The translations under genes and the position numbers were made by a program. From Klebsormidium nitens (taxonomy: Eukaryota; Plantae; Klebsormidiophyceae): a DNA stretch of 64,000 nt. Shown here piece after piece: positions 60,561 through 64,000 of this stretch. The notes below the pieces were generated by a model, which saw nothing but the letters and a program-made list of their open reading frames with translations, did no database searches and was not told the origin of the DNA. Each line of letters begins with the position of its first letter. The stretch's first letter is position 1. Location: assembly GCA_000708835.1 (NCBI GenBank), contig DF237464.1, forward strand, positions 1 to 64,000, written 5' to 3'.

Positions 60561-63018
60561 GTCCAGGATGACGAACTTGGCGATATCGGATCCGGGGGGT
60601 TTCTCCCACTGGGCGGAAAACACGGGGGGGCCCAGCAAGGCCTGCTGGTGGGGTCCTCCTGTACAACCAGCGACCCAGGTCAAACTGGTGAGGGCAGCAC
60701 ACGCCGGTGCATCAAAAGAAGCGGAGTCAATCTGCAGACGATACATGACAACCGGCGGAGGGTTTTTCGAGTATGACAATTCACGTACCTGGGTCTGGAG
60801 AAGCGGGGCCCTGGAGCACCAGGCGGTGCGTCACAAAGTCCTGCACGACCAGGAAGCAGGCGGATGCGATCAAACGCCGCTCGATGACCTTGGACGCTCC
60901 TGATCGAGCTCCCGTTACTCTTGTAACTCCGCACAGCATTGCTAGCTTGTTTCTGTTGCTTAGACGGTCGACAATGCCTCTCCAGCTTGCTCGCATGCCT
61001 GGCTCCGAGGTTTGCTGCTTGCCTGCCATACGGCCGGCATGTACTCCTTGTGGTACAGCACCGCCTTCTGCGGCAGCTCCGGGTCCTCGTCCTCGTGGCT
61101 GCCCCTCGCGCCCTCCTGAGGGGAGCGTCCCGATGCAGTGGTGGAACCGGACCCGTAGGGCCGCCACCGGTTTGGGGCCCCTATCGCAGACTTCGTCGCC
61201 AGCATGAGGGGCCGGTGTCGCTTCATGATGTGCTTCAGCTCCGTGACTACCGCTTTTGACAGCCCCGACTGGGTCAGCGCGTCACTGAAACAAGGAGGGA
61301 GCGATGAAGGAGGAAGTTTGGCGCCCGGAGTTTGCAGAATCTGTCACCAGAACGAGATGGTCTCGAGCATGTTCTCGGTCAGACCACAAGAGAAAAGAAT
61401 CGCACAGGCAAGGTGACCGAAATCACTAGATTTGTAAATCATGGAAATCATGGCGGGCGACACAACAGCACTCCCTTGGCGGCACTCACCGATGCCCTGC
61501 CCAAAGATGCAGGCCCTTGTCCAGCCAATGGAACGCACCGATGCTGGAGAGAGAGGGGGGAACAGCTCAGCGCAGGGCAGGGGCTTCGATGAGAAGATCC
61601 TGTGGGACAAGGTCTGAAGAATATCAACAGGAACAACGCCCGCACATCAGATGCTAGACAAGAGAAGCCCAAGAAGCTTAGCACCCAGGCTCATGGTCTT
61701 GACAAACCTGAGAGTAATGGGAGATCACAAATGGATTCCCACCTGTCAATACAGATAAGGTGGAGACTGTCTGGGCCATGATTCTGGACTATCTGGCGAA
61801 TTTCCGGTTGTAACATCTGCAATCCAGAACATCCCTGCCGTCAGATCCAAAGTTGCATAAGATGACCTTCTCTTCTCACGCCCACCTCCACTAGAAAGGC
61901 TTGTATAGAAGCTGCAGACGACCGCCTGATTATGCAAGTCGATAGTTTGGGAGTTGTTTGGTTCAGTAGCAAGACCATCACACACATGTACACTCCAACT
62001 GATCAATCCTTCGACATGGAAACGAGACCCCACCTTGAGCGCTGCAAGGAGATGGAAGCTGTTGTGGCAGTGCAGCAAGCGGAACCTTCGCAGGCTGGCA
62101 GTGAAGACCTGAGAAAGGGCGTCCGCATCACCTCCGCCCTGAGCAACTGCGACATGGCAAAGACGCTGGCCTTTGCATACAAGCGATCAACCCCAAGGAA
62201 TCTCATAGAAACGATTGGAAGCTTAAGCTCTCCTCAGGGTGGAACTGCATGGATTCACATCAAACAGACACTTCCATGCACAATGAGCGAATGATCAGCA
62301 AAACGCACAAGAATCTTGCCAAAGATGTCAACCCGGGGGCTTATGCCGGGTACCAAGGGGAAAAGCCCCATAAAAGATTGAACACCAAAGGGAAGTAGTC
62401 TACCTTGAGCCTCATTGATCCTCGACTCCAGAATTCGTACCAAGCGCAGAATGTCAAATCTGCCGTCCAGATCAAAGAACAGGGCTGCTCCTCCCGCCCC
62501 ACCGTAGCCCACCCCGTCTACCTCTGAAGGAAGTATACACGTTGCAACTGCCTGCACCCCCCAATAGGGAGTTTATTTGTTTCGTTCCAGGAGATTTAAG
62601 GTTGCTTCAGGCATTGTATGCTTTTTCCTTCAACATCCCTTCTTTCGAAGACGCTCCAATGGAAGCAGTGTCAAACTTGATGTGGCACTGCATTCTAATC
62701 TTGCCTGTCTGATTCCACACAAGCTCAATGCTGAACTAAACAGTCTTCTGGTCCACAAATGTGGCACAACCTTGATAGCTGCCGCATAGGCTACATGAGA
62801 GGCAGTAGCTGTACCTGCGTGAGAATCTCTGTTTTGCCACTCCCACTGGCTCCAAAGATTTCCACAACATTCCCTGGCCGTATTGCTGCACTATCAATGA
62901 ACGGCACCGACGTCCCCAAGGGCTCCACAAAAGTACGCAACAGAAAGTCCCTCATGCTTTCATCTGGCTGTAAAAAGCGGAGGAGAGCCTCCTCAGGATA
63001 TTCGCTGCTCCCATCCAT
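60561..63018 (-). CDS. XRCC2: RAD51 paralog XRCC2; last exon and stop codon not resolved (downstream of 60561)
   Basis: Exons 62815-63018, 62404-62551, 62034-62146, 61743-61816, 61490-61543, 61023-61284, 60789-60840 and 60561-60658 stay in frame. Motifs: Walker A GASGSGKT, FFDLDGRFDILRL, IDSIGAFHWLD, KEYMPAVWQDFVTHRLVL. Confidence 0.88.
60841..61022 (-). other. GC-AG intron in XRCC2
   Basis: The donor is TGGCAG|GCAAGC and the acceptor is GTGCAG|GAC. Splicing gives MPAVWQ|DFVTHRL, matching the XRCC2 motif MPxxWQxFVTH. Confidence 0.85.
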
Positions 63019-63082
63019 CTTTGGGCAGGTCGTTCGACTCCTGGATTCTGCGCCAGCCACCGTCGCTGCCCGCCACCTCTGT

Positions 63083-63124
63083 CATCACCACCACCACCAC
63101 CACCACATCACGACCGCCACCACC
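63083..63124. repeat. (CAC)n microsatellite just upstream of the XRCC2 start codon
   Basis: catcaccaccaccaccaccaccacatcacgaccgccaccacc. Confidence 0.85.
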
Positions 63125-63601
63125 AGCCTGCAGGTCTTCCTCAAGTTAAGAATCGCCTGGACGCAGCTCAATTTACAGCTATAACTTTAAGCAAACCAAT
63201 GCAGGCTTTCTTCTTGTCTGATTGCAGTTTGCACGGATTGGGAGGGGGAACCCGGAAGATCCTCTGATACAGCACGAAATGGGTTTACTAGAATTGGTTT
63301 AGGGCGTCAGGAACATCTTCCGGGCACTGCGAGGCGCCGGATGTCAGCGGTGTGTGACATCTGAAGCTAGAAAATAATCTACAGTCATTGACACCGGACA
63401 CGGACTACTCCTCGGTAAAAGTAAAGCGATAGATAACCTAGGCGTCATCTGGTATGGATGCATGATCGCCTTGCACAATCATGAAGAACTTGCAAATTGT
63501 TGCGAGCTCAAGCCTCAGCTGGATTGATTCTCTTGTTTGCTATTCGACAACATGTCGAATGCAATTGTCATGCAATTGTGAGAGAGCGAACAGATTGATT
63601 T

Positions 63602-63649
63602 GGAAGCGCAAAGTGGAGCAAGCAGGGAAGCGCAAAGTGGAGCAAGCAG
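63602..63649. repeat. 24-bp perfect tandem duplication
   Basis: GGAAGCGCAAAGTGGAGCAAGCAG x2. Confidence 0.92.
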
Positions 63650-64000
63650 AACGCTACGAGAGTAGCGGCCTGGCCCCACGGTAACCATTAATTAATATGT
63701 GGGCAACTCGTGCCCTGTACGAGTTCGACAGTGGGATGGCCATGATATCGGGCCAGAGCCCCAAGGCAGCGCCTTGCTTCGACCGTAAGCGTCGAACTAA
63801 AGTATTTGTCAACAAAACAGCTAACGCAGGCGTTATTACCGTGGGGCCAAACGTGGCCGTAACAAGTTCGTACAGAACTACAACTATCGCCTGGAACCTG
63901 CACTAGCACTCAGCTACCTGGTTAAGCAAACTAAGGCGTTAACTAGCTACAGCTGGCGCGCGGGCCATCAAAAACCCTTCGCGGGGTCGGGTCCGACAGG

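Overview
This is eukaryotic nuclear DNA, intron-rich, with mostly GC-rich exons and more AT-rich introns and intergenic DNA. It is not prokaryotic: I found no operons, CRISPR arrays, rRNA or tRNA. The gene set combines plant-type genes (chloroplast HflX, non-heme beta-carotene hydroxylase, VAMP72, base-exchange PSS) with a motile-cilium gene (CFAP57) and a U12-type intron. That fits a flagellated streptophyte alga such as Klebsormidium (inference, not verified). I reconstructed spliced models by hand for 10 protein-coding genes. Eight have a recognisable family: HflX, thimet oligopeptidase, AGC kinase, BCH, CFAP57, ICL/PEP-mutase family enzyme, PSS and VAMP72. XRCC2 is modelled except for its last exon, and one orphan coiled-coil gene is fully modelled. 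A second orphan gene has an uncertain 5' structure. The most notable signals are: (1) an AT-AC U12 minor-spliceosome intron in PSS, directly followed by a GC-AG intron; (2) a 985-bp AT-rich non-autonomous DNA transposon with 13-bp TIRs, a TTAA target-site duplication and asymmetric palindromic subterminal repeats (piggyBac-like architecture), inserted about 100 bp upstream of an orphan gene; (3) two more GC-AG introns; (4) abrupt exon-to-exon GC shifts; and (5) several weak candidates (U14-like motif, possible unannotated exons, Helitron-like end). I found no convincing wholly new multi-gene system. Most long ORFs in the supplied track are antisense or off-frame shadows of GC-rich exons.
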